From Octopus vulgaris (taxonomy: Eukaryota): a stretch of DNA of 64,000 nt. Positions 53,140-64,000 of the stretch are shown in pieces (position 1 is the stretch's first letter; every line of letters begins with the position of its first letter). The stretch spans positions 18,910,001 to 18,974,000 of the forward strand of contig OX597826.1 of NCBI GenBank assembly GCA_951406725.2, in the 5' to 3' direction. The notes under the pieces were generated by a model that worked only from the letters and a program-made list of their open reading frames with translations, searched no databases and was not told the DNA's origin. A program made the position numbers and the translations under genes.

Positions 53140-56100
53140 TGTATTGGTGTTTATTTTATTTATTTTTTATTAAACTATTTAATTAAAAACATTATCAATA
53201 GCAACTTAGCAATATTTCTCTTTTTTTTTTTTTAAATCTTATTTTTGTGTTATTAATTTTTAATTTTTTTTTTCACAAATATTGTTTGTGGTCCACATAA
53301 CAAGCTAGGTGAAATTGGAGAGGGAAAACATTGTAGATTGAGAAACAGGTATAGTCAAAAACAGGTAACTGGAGAGGGGGGGTGGGGCAAAGAAGTGAAT
53401 AACACACCCAGACAACAAGCTAACTTTACAATATAACTTTAGTGGCATAACTAGTAATAGGGTTGTAATCCTAAGTTAGCCCCCACCCCACTAGGGCAGG
53501 GCAAGGTTCCAACATTACAAGCTAGGGAAATATTAAAAAAAAAAATAGAAGCCCTTTCAAAAATTATGAGAAGGCTGGGATAGGTATATGAAGGTATGTG
53601 TCAATGATTTAAGGGATTGAGTAGAATACAGCAGAATTAAGATTACAACTAAGATTAAGAGATTACTTTAGGAATAATTTTAGAAATGAAAAATGATTAT
53701 AAAGTCAGAAATATAAAAAAAATAAATAACATTAATAAGGTGATCTGAGCTATAACTTAAAAAAAAAAAAAAAATGCTATTCGTTGGTTCTAATAGTTCT
53801 CCTGTAAAAAAAAAAAAAAACGGAACCTGTACTTTCACAGTTGCCTGAGAGGGTGTTGTTATAATTATTATTATTAGTAGAAGTAATATTAACAGATTAA
53901 GCAGAAAAAGCTACAATCGCACACCAAATCTTTGAGGTGGGGGAGGCCATCCACTTTGTAGATAAAAATTCAACCAAAAGATAAACAATTGTAAAGAGAA
54001 CTTGTTGGTATGAAAACCTCTCTTTAATAGTTTCTTTTAAATTGTTTATATTTACTATCACCATAAAATCCTGCATAGGTTACACAACACAAAAATGGCC
54101 AGCAAAAAAAAAAATTAAACTATTGGCTATAATTCTAAAAACTCAAAATCCAACAGTTTATTTGTGAAATGATTAACACCACAACACACACCATGCTAAT
54201 AATATTCCTGCAGATATTCACAGCACTGAGGAACAAGGAATTTAAAACAAGGAAAACAAAAAAAAAAATGAAAATAAAAAAAATAAACTGGATTATGTGT
54301 TCAACAACACTTTTATAGGCATCTATGTATCACAGCACCTCTGCCCTCGTTTAGAAATCAGCAAGTTTCTTGATATATTAGAATATAAATTTGGCAACTA
54401 CAAACCAAAGCATAAGAATAATAAAGTTTCTTAATATAGGAGATGGAAATGGGAAGTTTTGACAGTCATGCCTTTCCCAAGGGTATTAGTGACAGTATAA
54501 GTGAAATAGTTCCAACCGGGAATCAATACAAGAGCTGTAGACTTGGCTCACATGAGCTTACAACCTACTTCATGGCACTCACATGTGCTATAATATTGCA
54601 TGTAATAATAAAAAATTGAAAAATACATGCCATTTTCACACAATGTTGAATATATTTCCTTTATTAAGAATATAGTAAGGTAGGAAACAAATGGAATGAT
54701 AGAAGACTGGAATGCTTCAGCACTGTGCAACTGGGGAGGTTATATCATTCTAATTATTGAAAAAGCTGATAGGGTCAGGAAAAAAAAAAAAAAAAAATTG
54801 TTTTTGATAAAAAAATATTTTGGAATGGTAATATAATAATTGGCAGAATGGGTTGGGAAGGCACCATAAGGATGTATATTTGGACTTGTCTCTACTGAAA
54901 TATATATAAAAAAAATTCATAGTAAAATGGAATTTCTCAAGAAACTTGTGATGATGATGATGATGTGTGCGTGTGTGTATGTGTACAGAAACATAGATAC
55001 CATCATATACAAATATATACCTGTGCGTATTTATGTGTATATACAAGTGTATGTATGTATGTGTACATGTGTGAGAATGAAAAAGATTTACAGAATCAAT
55101 TACATACAACTACTTGGAATATGCTATATTTCTTTAGTTATGCTCTTACTCAAGTGTGTGCGTGTATGTGTGTCTGTACACACACTCATATATATATATA
55201 TATACAAACACATAGATCACATGATAGTTGACATCTCAAACACTTCACGTCTGCATATTCCTGTTGAACAAAACCTATTTTCACTCTACAGCATGCAAAT
55301 TGCTGGTAAAGGAAATTGTTAAGATAATTAACAGACATTATTGCCAGGAATATGGCATAAGCAAACCCAAAGACCATTCTTTGGCACTATGACAACATAA
55401 GAAAAAAATATAAATTACAAACACACACATACACAAATAATACACAAGGCACTTACAGTGAAGAATTCCAAACAATTTTTAAAATATTTTTGCACAGCAT
55501 TCAATGAGAGTTTTTTTTTCTAAGTTTTAGTAAATAAAGGCACCAATCATATTTGAATCTCAAATGAGAAAATTTTGTGACTCTTTTTTTCCATCTTTTA
55601 TCCAGTACTTGAATTCTAAACTTTCTGTAACAGCACCAAAAGAATTCAAAGAACTTTAATCATATGAATACAAAACAACAGAGCTGTGAAGAGGGGCTTT
55701 GGAGATGAGGGAAGAAAGGTATTAAATGCTTACACAAAATCAGACAAAATTATTCCATGAGTGCCTTAAGAGGATATGATTTAAATAGCAGAGAACTTTG
55801 ACCAAAAACTATAAACCAACTATTCAAAAGGTAAATATTACAACAGGTTTCCATGAAAAGGAAGACATGCATTTGTGTTAAAACAGTTGACACTAATTTG
55901 TGCAAATGACTATTTGCATGAATATCCAACCCAAGCCAAATAGTAGTATGGATGCAAATGGAGTATAAAGGTGTTAAAAAATGTATTAGTAAAAGTAAAA
56001 ACCAAGCAAAAACGATCTTTGTAAGCTCCTCTTTGACAGTGATGAGGATTTGCATTTCAATTTATGAGTTCTTTGAATAAACTAACAAAATAGTAGTCTT

Positions 56101-58223
56101 GACAGGTTTTTTGCAAAGTTGGCACCCCCAGAACATTACAATTGATGCAAAATAAAGATGGTTGAAACAATATTAGAAAGGTTTAAAAAGAGGACGGTCT
56201 ATTTTAAGAGTCATGGGGACGGAAACTTGTAGTAGAGCATTTATAAATATTGGCATCCACAAAGTTCCAAATAGGCAGGCTGAAAATTTTGAAACTATTT
56301 CGTTTGCCATATTTGCCTTAATATACTAAGCCCAAGGTAAAGTTGGATAGGGTTTATGTGAGCATCCAGGAAACAATGGTGGAAACATTATTTCTTCAAA
56401 CACATTTAAAAATATCAAAACCTAACTTTTTTAAAATGATCTTTTTTCATTATTACTTTTTTGAAATTTAAGGTCCACTTCACCTCATTTGATTCTTTCA
56501 TTTTTAAGGCAAACATTATTTGAAACTACTTTAAAAAAATACAAAATTATAAATCCCACTAAAGAATATTTTAAAAGGAAATTGCTAAGCACATCTATCC
56601 CACTAAAAAAATCATCACACACATACAAAGGCCATATATCAATGGACAAACTCAGATTCTGGAGCTGTTTTGCAAATCAATTCGATAAACTTCTCAGATT
56701 TCAGATTAAGCTATGTATACCATACATACCAGTCACATTGACATGGTGTGATTCAGTGAAGGCAGTATACTATTAGCAACCTTTAGAAACATATGTCTAA
56801 AGATCACTTGAGCTCCAGTGACTCATCAATGGTCTTTTCAGAACCAAATGATTATGATTAAATTATTTACAATTGCATTAAAAAAAGTGAAGGACGGTGG
56901 CACCTGACCTAAAGGCAACAGCACAAACTTTTGGAAAGGAACCAGTTGTGTATGAAAGCTCCACATCAAATGGTCAAAACTGAAATACATTAAAATTTGA
57001 CACCCTGTATGTTGTTTTATTGTTTGTGTCTTTTGTATTTATTTTGGTTGTCTGAGTCGCAAAGCAATTCTTAAGCAAAAAGGTGTTCATGCCCCAATGG
57101 AAATGTCTGAAATGAGGGCTGGAAGGTTGTTTCTATGGCCAAGAAGCCCAACCTATCCAAGTTTTAAGTGTGGGTCAAACTTAAAATGGTTCATACAAAC
57201 AAAATAATTATGATATATATATATATATAGACCTACTGATTTTTTGTGTTTATCTGTTACAGCTGCCTGGAATGGTAACAGTGAATGGGCAATTTATGGA
57301 AACTTAGCAGCCACCAGAGCACCAATTATAGGAATTTCAAATTGAGCCTTTAGAAATGGGTAGGGAAGAGATAAGTGGTGGTTGTCTAATTCCATAAATT
57401 AATTAAAAAATAAAATTAAAATAAGGATAAGATCTTTTTAAATATATTTTTCTTGATAAATTATGGAAAATAAAATAAATGCCAAGTGTAGAAATTTATA
57501 ATAATGGTAACTCCTTAGATTGACACAAGGTCATTGATTTGTAGAAAAATGGTTATAGTTAAACAACTTCCAGTAAAACTGGTTTTTATTAACCATAGAG
57601 GACAAACAGCAAAGATATGTAACTAAATACCACAAGGCACTACACTGTTTCTGCCACTCCATCTTAATGATTTCTGTATTGATACAAGGCCAGAAATGTT
57701 GGGAGTTGGGGCTGGAGTCATCTAAATAGACATGACTGGTACTCATTTTCTTCATCCCAGAATGATGAAAACAAGATTGATCTGAGCAAGGCTTGAACTC
57801 AGAACACCATGAGGAAGAAGGGGACAACTTTGTAGAACTTAGTTTCAATCAGCTGCCATTTTAATGAAAATAACAATTGACATTTTGAAAATTAGTTTAA
57901 ATGAACTACCCAAATGCAAAGATATAAAAGGGGACTCAGCATACAAGTGCGGTGAAGGTTAATAACCCCTCCTAGTATTTGCAATGATGCACCCAGGAGA
58001 AAGAAGAATGGTAGGTAAAATCATTCAAAGACTAAGGCTCGTATTTGCTGATTCATAAAAAATAAATTTGCCCTACTAGTCGACCAACATTTCAATAGTG
58101 ATGGAGACAAACATTGTGGTGGTCAGTAATAGCTGAAGCACTTCAAAAGCAGTTTCCACTGCTAGACACTCATACACACCCAGGGAGAGAGAGAGAGAGA
58201 GACTAATTGAAAAACAAATATAT
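53140..58223 (-). other. Probable long 3' UTR of the zinc-finger gene
   Basis: ~5 kb of unique sequence, U-rich on the minus strand and almost free of SINEs and microsatellites. It ends at a cluster of AATAAA hexamers (plus-strand tttatt runs at ~53149-53171). Inferred only. Confidence 0.5.
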
Positions 58224-60626
58224 TTAAATGGTTTTACATATATTTGTTTCAATTAGTTTCTCTTCATTGATGCTGTGAGTCTTTAGATGACGGTTCAAAT
58301 CCTTAGGCCAGGAAAAGTACAGTGAACAGATTTTACATTTAAATGGTCGGACATCTGAGTGCCGAGTGGTGCGATGATATTTGAGGTCATCTCCTCTGAA
58401 GAATGATTGTCCACAGAGGTCACACCGATAGGGTCGTTCACCAGTGTGGTAACGAACATGGCGCTCTCGGTTCGGTTTTGAAGTAAAAATTTTGCCACAG
58501 TACTCACACACATACCTCCGGTGCACCACAGTGCTATGGGATTCAAAGCCATCAAAGTCATTGTATACTTCGCCACAGCCTTTGCAAGTGAAAGGGACAT
58601 TTTTGCGGAAAGGAATTTCAGGGGTAACAACACGTTCAAAACAAGATGGTTTAGTGCCGGAAGACTTGCGATTCAATTTAGACTCTGACATTGGTGAAGA
58701 AGGGCTTAACTCTTTCTGGTTTTCTTCATTTTTAACAGAACCAGCCAGGTTTACAACATCCGAAGTTGCACTGCTGCCAGTGCTATCTTCATAATCATCA
58801 GGATATTCTTGCTTAATATTGATGTCTCCATTGGAAAGTGGTCGAGGAAATAGCTCTTGAGAAGATTGTGCATGGTTTTCATCATTTTCTTCATTAATAA
58901 CTAAATTAGAATCTTCCTCTGCATCTGTGCCAGATACAGCATCACCAAACTCTTGTGTCTCGGCCATCTCAATGTCATTATTATCATCCGTTGCTGGTTT
59001 ATTTGATGAATGAGTAGTGTCAGCTTCCATCTGACCACTGGGAAAAGACTCACTGCTAGAAGATTCTACATCATTTGCGATCAAGTTACTTAATCCAGAT
59101 TTCGAGTCAACAGGTTCTTTCTTTGTATTTACCTCATGTATTTCGAATATATGGCAACGTAACAGCTCTTCAGAGACAAAACCTTGGTTACATTCAGTGC
59201 ACCAGTATTGCTGTGACACATCTGTGTCAGCATTTGGCTCATGCATCACCATGTGCTCACGGAGATTAGAAGGGTAGCGGAATTGTTTGTTGCAAAATTG
59301 ACAGGCATGTGCTTTATTCTGTGCATGTGAGTGTTCATGTCGGATGAACTGTTTGTAAGTTGGTAGTTTATTGTCACAGAAACAACATATGTAGGAAGTA
59401 AAGGACGGATCTATTCTGTGTCGCTTCAAATGGACTGTGTAGTTAAATGGTTCCTCAAAACTCAGATCACATGGATCACAGCGGTATGTCTTTTTATGGC
59501 CATGGGTCAGCATATGCTTTTGGTACATTAGCGAGTTGATTCCAGTAAAGTTGCACAATCTACACTGAAATTCTTTTAGTTCTGGATGACTTTTCTTGTG
59601 CTCCATGAACATGTGTGTATTATTGAAGCCTTCTCCACACTGAGGACAAACGTGCATCAACTTGCAGCTATGTTCGTTCAACATATGATTAGCTAAACAG
59701 GACCGATCCATGTAACCTTTTCCACATTGGTTGCAACGGTATGGCTTATCATAATTATGCTTTAACAGATGGAATTTCAAGTCGTCTTTTCGTGTAAAAC
59801 TGCTGGAGCAAATATTGCACGTATAGGGCTTATATCCTGTATGGAGTCGAATGTGACGTTTCAGGTTGTTACGGGCAGTGAATGTCCTATAGCAAATATT
59901 ACAAGTGAAAACTGAATGCTCAGCAAGGTTGTGTTTTTCAAAAGTGTGAGCATCTGGAAGAACTATGTCACAGCGTTTGCATGGAATGGGAGTGTAAGAA
60001 TTTGAAGACATGTTTAACATTAAGTTGGGGGAATAGTCACACAGGCTGTTGGGAGTGTTCAATTGATTTCCCATTGTTAATGAAGTATTCGATGATGCTA
60101 CAGAGCGGTTTAAGCCACTTTCATCAAGGTTTTCCTGTATAAAGCTGGAGCTATTACTGGAACTGATACACATCTTTCCTTTATCGCGTGCTTTTGACGA
60201 TATTGGCATATTCTGTTGTGAAGAGCTGTGGTCAGTACTCTGGCCAACATCAGCAGATTCACGAATAGAGTTATGTCCATTAATAATTGCCTTATGGTCT
60301 ACTTTATTATCACCAAATTTACTCTCCCGTGCGTTGTCCTTTGATGAATAACTTGAACACAAAGACTCTGGAGTGCATAGAGGATCATAACTTTTAGCAA
60401 AAGATCTTGGTGTTTCATATTTGATAAATGAATTTTCTGGGCCACTTCCCGTCTTCTGAATTTGCTCGTGAACTTTAATGACAATTTGTTGGTTTTCATT
60501 TTCTGGAGTGATACAAACTATCCCATCAACCTCTAAACTGTGTTGATATGAAATTGTCTCCCGACATAATGTGAGAATAGATTGTCGGAGAAGACGTTCA
60601 ACTAGATCACGCTCGTTGGAAGCCAT
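58224..60626 (-). CDS. C2H2 zinc-finger protein, ~800 aa, 14 fingers in two clusters, single large coding exon
   Basis: Uninterrupted ORF. 14 CxxC...HxxxH fingers, including TGYKPY and TGERPY linkers. A pyrimidine-rich acceptor (ttttcttttacAG, AG at 60644-60643) lies 16 nt upstream of the ATG at 60626 (MASNERD...). The first ~14 aa of the ORF-track call are intronic. An upstream in-frame coding exon cannot be excluded. Confidence 0.93.
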   Translation of the reverse strand: MASNERDLVERLLRQSILTLCRETISYQHSLEVDGIVCITPENENQQIVIKVHEQIQKTGSGPENSFIKYETPRSFAKSYDPLCTPESLCSSYSSKDNARESKFGDNKVDHKAIINGHNSIRESADVGQSTDHSSSQQNMPISSKARDKGKMCISSSNSSSFIQENLDESGLNRSVASSNTSLTMGNQLNTPNSLCDYSPNLMLNMSSNSYTPIPCKRCDIVLPDAHTFEKHNLAEHSVFTCNICYRTFTARNNLKRHIRLHTGYKPYTCNICSSSFTRKDDLKFHLLKHNYDKPYRCNQCGKGYMDRSCLANHMLNEHSCKLMHVCPQCGEGFNNTHMFMEHKKSHPELKEFQCRLCNFTGINSLMYQKHMLTHGHKKTYRCDPCDLSFEEPFNYTVHLKRHRIDPSFTSYICCFCDNKLPTYKQFIRHEHSHAQNKAHACQFCNKQFRYPSNLREHMVMHEPNADTDVSQQYWCTECNQGFVSEELLRCHIFEIHEVNTKKEPVDSKSGLSNLIANDVESSSSESFPSGQMEADTTHSSNKPATDDNNDIEMAETQEFGDAVSGTDAEEDSNLVINEENDENHAQSSQELFPRPLSNGDINIKQEYPDDYEDSTGSSATSDVVNLAGSVKNEENQKELSPSSPMSESKLNRKSSGTKPSCFERVVTPEIPFRKNVPFTCKGCGEVYNDFDGFESHSTVVHRRYVCEYCGKIFTSKPNRERHVRYHTGERPYRCDLCGQSFFRGDDLKYHRTTRHSDVRPFKCKICSLYFSWPKDLNRHLKTHSINEEKLIETNICKTI

Positions 60627-60641
60627 GCTAGTTCTCTGGCA

Positions 60642-60665
60642 TCTGTAAAAGAAAAGAAAAAAACA
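60642..60665 (-). promoter_or_regulatory. 3' splice acceptor of the zinc-finger coding exon
   Basis: Minus strand reads tttttttcttttcttttacag|atgccag: polypyrimidine tract plus CAG. Confidence 0.8.
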
Positions 60666-60960
60666 AACATTATTAATGAGCATCAGATGCAGTAGAGAAT
60701 ACCTATCCCACCCCAGTTATTTTAAATAATACCATAATTGATTACCGAGGAGGAGATCTCTAGAAACACATTAAACACACAATACTTATCACAATTCACA
60801 TAAAAGTAGTAATGCTTTTTTTTTTTACAAAAAGGTAAATTCAATTTCTGGATCAGACATGGTGATAAAGGGTTGCATGAGAAAAAAATTCTAATAGAGC
60901 AGCATTCTTTTGGACAATGGGAGAAGGGGCCCATATATAATCTGGGTGAATAATCAGTTC

Positions 60961-61833
60961 GTTGCTGTTTTGATGAAAGCTATTCCAATGACCAAGACAC
61001 CTTTCAGGTCATGTACCCTAGATTACATTATCCAATATGTCTCTTCTGAGAAACATGTGTGGTGTATGCAAAGTATAAGTACCAAGTTAGGAAAAACAGA
61101 GTTCATTATTATAATAAGGGAAGCAAAGAGATAATTAGGATACAAGAGACTGGTCTTTTTCTGCATCTGCGGTAATGTTTACTATCCATCCTTTTGTATG
61201 ACTAGGATTACATCATGTATGGTGGCCTTTCTTCTGAAATGTGATTTGAAGGTAACAGACCACCAGTTTCAAAAGGTGAGTTCCAGAAGTTATACACAGA
61301 GGTTCCTCATTGAAATGAGATGTCAATGTTTGAAGGAAGACGTGTACCTCCCAGTTACGAAATGAATGCTCTGGAGACATAGTACACCTGAGCCCCATGT
61401 CAATAGCTGCCAAAAGATAAAATAGTCAATGGCTAAGAAAAAGCCAAGTCATATGGATAGAGTTTTAACAATCTTGAGAGTGTACTGAAGTTGAAAGATG
61501 CCGTTAGTGTCCAAAACGGTTAGTTTTATATGTTTGATAAATAATTATCAGTAAAATATAGCAGTGAAACCAAACTATATCTTCCCCCGATCCTATGCTA
61601 AACCAAATATATGTCACTCACCACACAGATCTACATGCACAGACACATACCAAAAGTTATCTTGTAAGAGATAAATACATTTTATTCAATAAAAATTTAG
61701 AAGATGGTTGAAATTTTTATATAGCAACAATGATTCATGTTGCTGTTTTGATGAAAGCTATTCCAATGACCAAGACACCTTTCAGGTCATGTACCCTAGA
61801 TTACATTATCCAATATGTCTCTTCTGAGAAACA
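60961..61833. repeat. Identical 95-bp direct repeat (60961-61055 and 61739-61833)
   Basis: gttgctgttttgatgaaagc...cttctgagaaaca is identical at both sites. Confidence 0.9.
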
Positions 61834-62029
61834 GTAGGCTGTAATTAGGAAAATTTGGCTGCTGCTTCTAGCAAGTTGATGAACCATATAGAGGCCTGTC
61901 AGCTGAAATGATGTACGTAACTGTACGTGAAACAAGCTCCACAATACCCTCTTGCAGCTGTTCTCCCTAAAGAAAAATCAGACTAAAATTCATTAAAATG
62001 AAATGCTGGCTAAAAATACATGACAACTA

Positions 62030-63480
62030 TCCTCACAGCAATGTACAGTGACATCTACTTAGTGGTGAGGGTGAATGGCCACCTATTGGAACCATTTAGC
62101 ATCATGTGCTCAGTCCATCGAGGTTGTGTCCTCTTATCTCTCTAAATGTAGAGACTCTTGAGCCACTACTGCAGAAACTAGAGACATTGAGGGGCATCCT
62201 GTACGGACAAGAATGTGAACACCCATGTTGGCATGCATATGTACACATAATGGACATACAACCAGAAGCATCAAGAGGATTCACATCACACTAGGGAATG
62301 ACATGAGGAGCCAGAATCAATCAGAAAAGTGGGCTTGCAGTTTGACAGCTAAGAGACAGCAGGTACATGGATCTAACATGTATGTCATGATTGGTGGATG
62401 ATCATGTCAAACTGCTTGGGGTCAGGTTTGGCCCAGATCTCCAAGTGGAGAAGAACTGGGACAAAGCAATGAACAGGGTAGCTTGTCTCACTCACAATAG
62501 AAAGCCATCTCTGAAAGGCTGAGCAGAGGTGGCAAATGTCTACATCTCTCCATAATCCATTTCTGCCTAGTTGTTGTGCTTTGCCTCAACTCATGTCTAA
62601 CTAGCTAGAAGAGTATGCTATTCCACTTTTTCTGAAGGGGTATGGTCTATTGGTCAGGTGCTCCATTTGCCATCAACACCTTATGAGTGGCAGTTGAGTC
62701 ATGCCACGACAGATAATGCACAGATGTCGTCAACATTTGCCAAACATGTTTTTCCTCAGTTTGTCCCGTTTGCCAGAATTACAGACCTGGCTCAAACTAG
62801 GAATGTTGTCAAATACTGTCAGTCTCCTGCCAATTGCGCAATGTGGTCAGTGAAAGTTCTACTTTGGCATTCTTTAGAAAGTTTGTCGCAGGTAAGAGTG
62901 ATAATGTTCTAGAGGAAAGTCTGCCATCAGTGAAAATTAACTGACCAATCTGTTTCAGAGGATTTTCAGAAATCTCAGACCTGGAAGTGCTATGGGGATG
63001 GGGAAGAGGTATTGCTGGTTTGAGATTACAATTTTTGGCATGGAAATGCTGTCAGCCAGGGCTGTCCATGATGCATGCAGAGCAACAAAATCTTTCTGCA
63101 AATACTTGTCCAGAGCCCAAGTATTGGTGACTTAGTTATAATACCTGCAGACAACTGTGAGGCTGATCCAGCCATCAGCGGAGTCCATTGTGAAGATCAT
63201 TATGACCGAACCAGTTTTCCTTTAGCTAGGAACGACTGGTGGTCTGTCTGTGATTTTGACAAAAGAGGCTGTGTGGCAGATGGAAGTGAAAGGGCTAAAA
63301 ACAAACATTCCTCTTTGGCCAAGCCCACATCAAGTTTCACTTGAAAAGGAAAGAGACAGTGGAGGGCAAAGTAGTGTCTCCCACTACTTTGATGAAAGCT
63401 GGATGCTCTGGGAATCTGTCCATGAAGTGGAAGACAATTAATACCTTAATGGTTAGAAGGACGGTGGTTTTTGTGAGATT
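62030..63480 (+). mobile_element. Tx1/L1-clade LINE reverse transcriptase remnant, heavily degenerate
   Basis: Translates MYSDIYLVVRVNGHLLEPFSI..SVHRGC, LEPLLQKL, VKLLGVRFGPDLQVEKNW and SLKG.AEVANVYI. Confidence 0.75.
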
Positions 63481-64000
63481 TCTGTGAGTAGCCCTTAGGT
63501 CTCCATTCTTTAAGGAAATTATTTTGTTTGAACTTTTATTTTCTTGTTTCTGTTATTTTTTCAAGTTGTCCTTGATGCTTTTGTCAACTAACCCAGCCAC
63601 AGCTGACCCCAAAATTATTTTTAATATCATCAACTCAGTCATAACTGCTCAAAATAATTTTGATTAATATTACCAAACCAGGCAAAATAACCTGTACATA
63701 TTCAGGAAACTCATGGTTTCACTACGTAAGCAACTAAATTACACTGTTTGCCATTATTATACACGATATGAGTGTTGCAAACTTTTGGAGACTTTTTGTT
63801 TTTTCATTTTCCGAAATGTTTCACTATGAATGAAAAATGGATACCAATTTCAAGTCATCAAGCAGTAAGTTTGGATTCTAAGTGTTTTCAAAAGAAGATA
63901 GAAATATCTAAGAAAATATATGGCAAACATAAAAACCCCGTGTGTGATTATGAATTGGGTATTTCTTTTTCCAAAAGAGGAAAGATCGGCAACAGTTCTG

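Noticed and set aside
58295-60499. Alternative-frame and antisense ORFs overlapping the zinc-finger CDS
   Set aside because: Shadow ORFs with no recognisable motifs.

Overview
AT-rich, repeat-saturated eukaryotic DNA. It is most likely a coleoid cephalopod (Octopus), inferred from the tRNA-derived SINE families, the dense (TA)n/(CATA)n/(GATA)n/(CA)n microsatellites and a single-coding-exon C2H2 zinc-finger gene. Most ORFs in the supplied track are microsatellite translations. The only intact protein-coding gene is a minus-strand, 800-aa, 14-finger C2H2 protein (58224-60626) with an uncharacterised N-terminal domain and a probable ~5 kb, TE-poor 3' UTR. The rest is mainly nested mobile DNA: CORE-type and Nin-type SINEs, mariner/Tc1/pogo remnants and MITEs, hAT remnants, non-autonomous Helitrons, RTE, CR1, Tx1/L1 and REL-endonuclease (R4/Dong-like) LINE fragments, and Penelope-like elements (PLEs). 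The most notable signal lies in the first ~13 kb. It is a cluster of short (TA)n-embedded inserts built as hairpin + tail, linked to PLE GIY-YIG fragments. They carry at least three different minimal type I hammerhead ribozyme motifs, two with the non-canonical U3-A8 core (UUGAAAA instead of CUGANGA). All calls come from manual reading; no database searches or folding programs were run.
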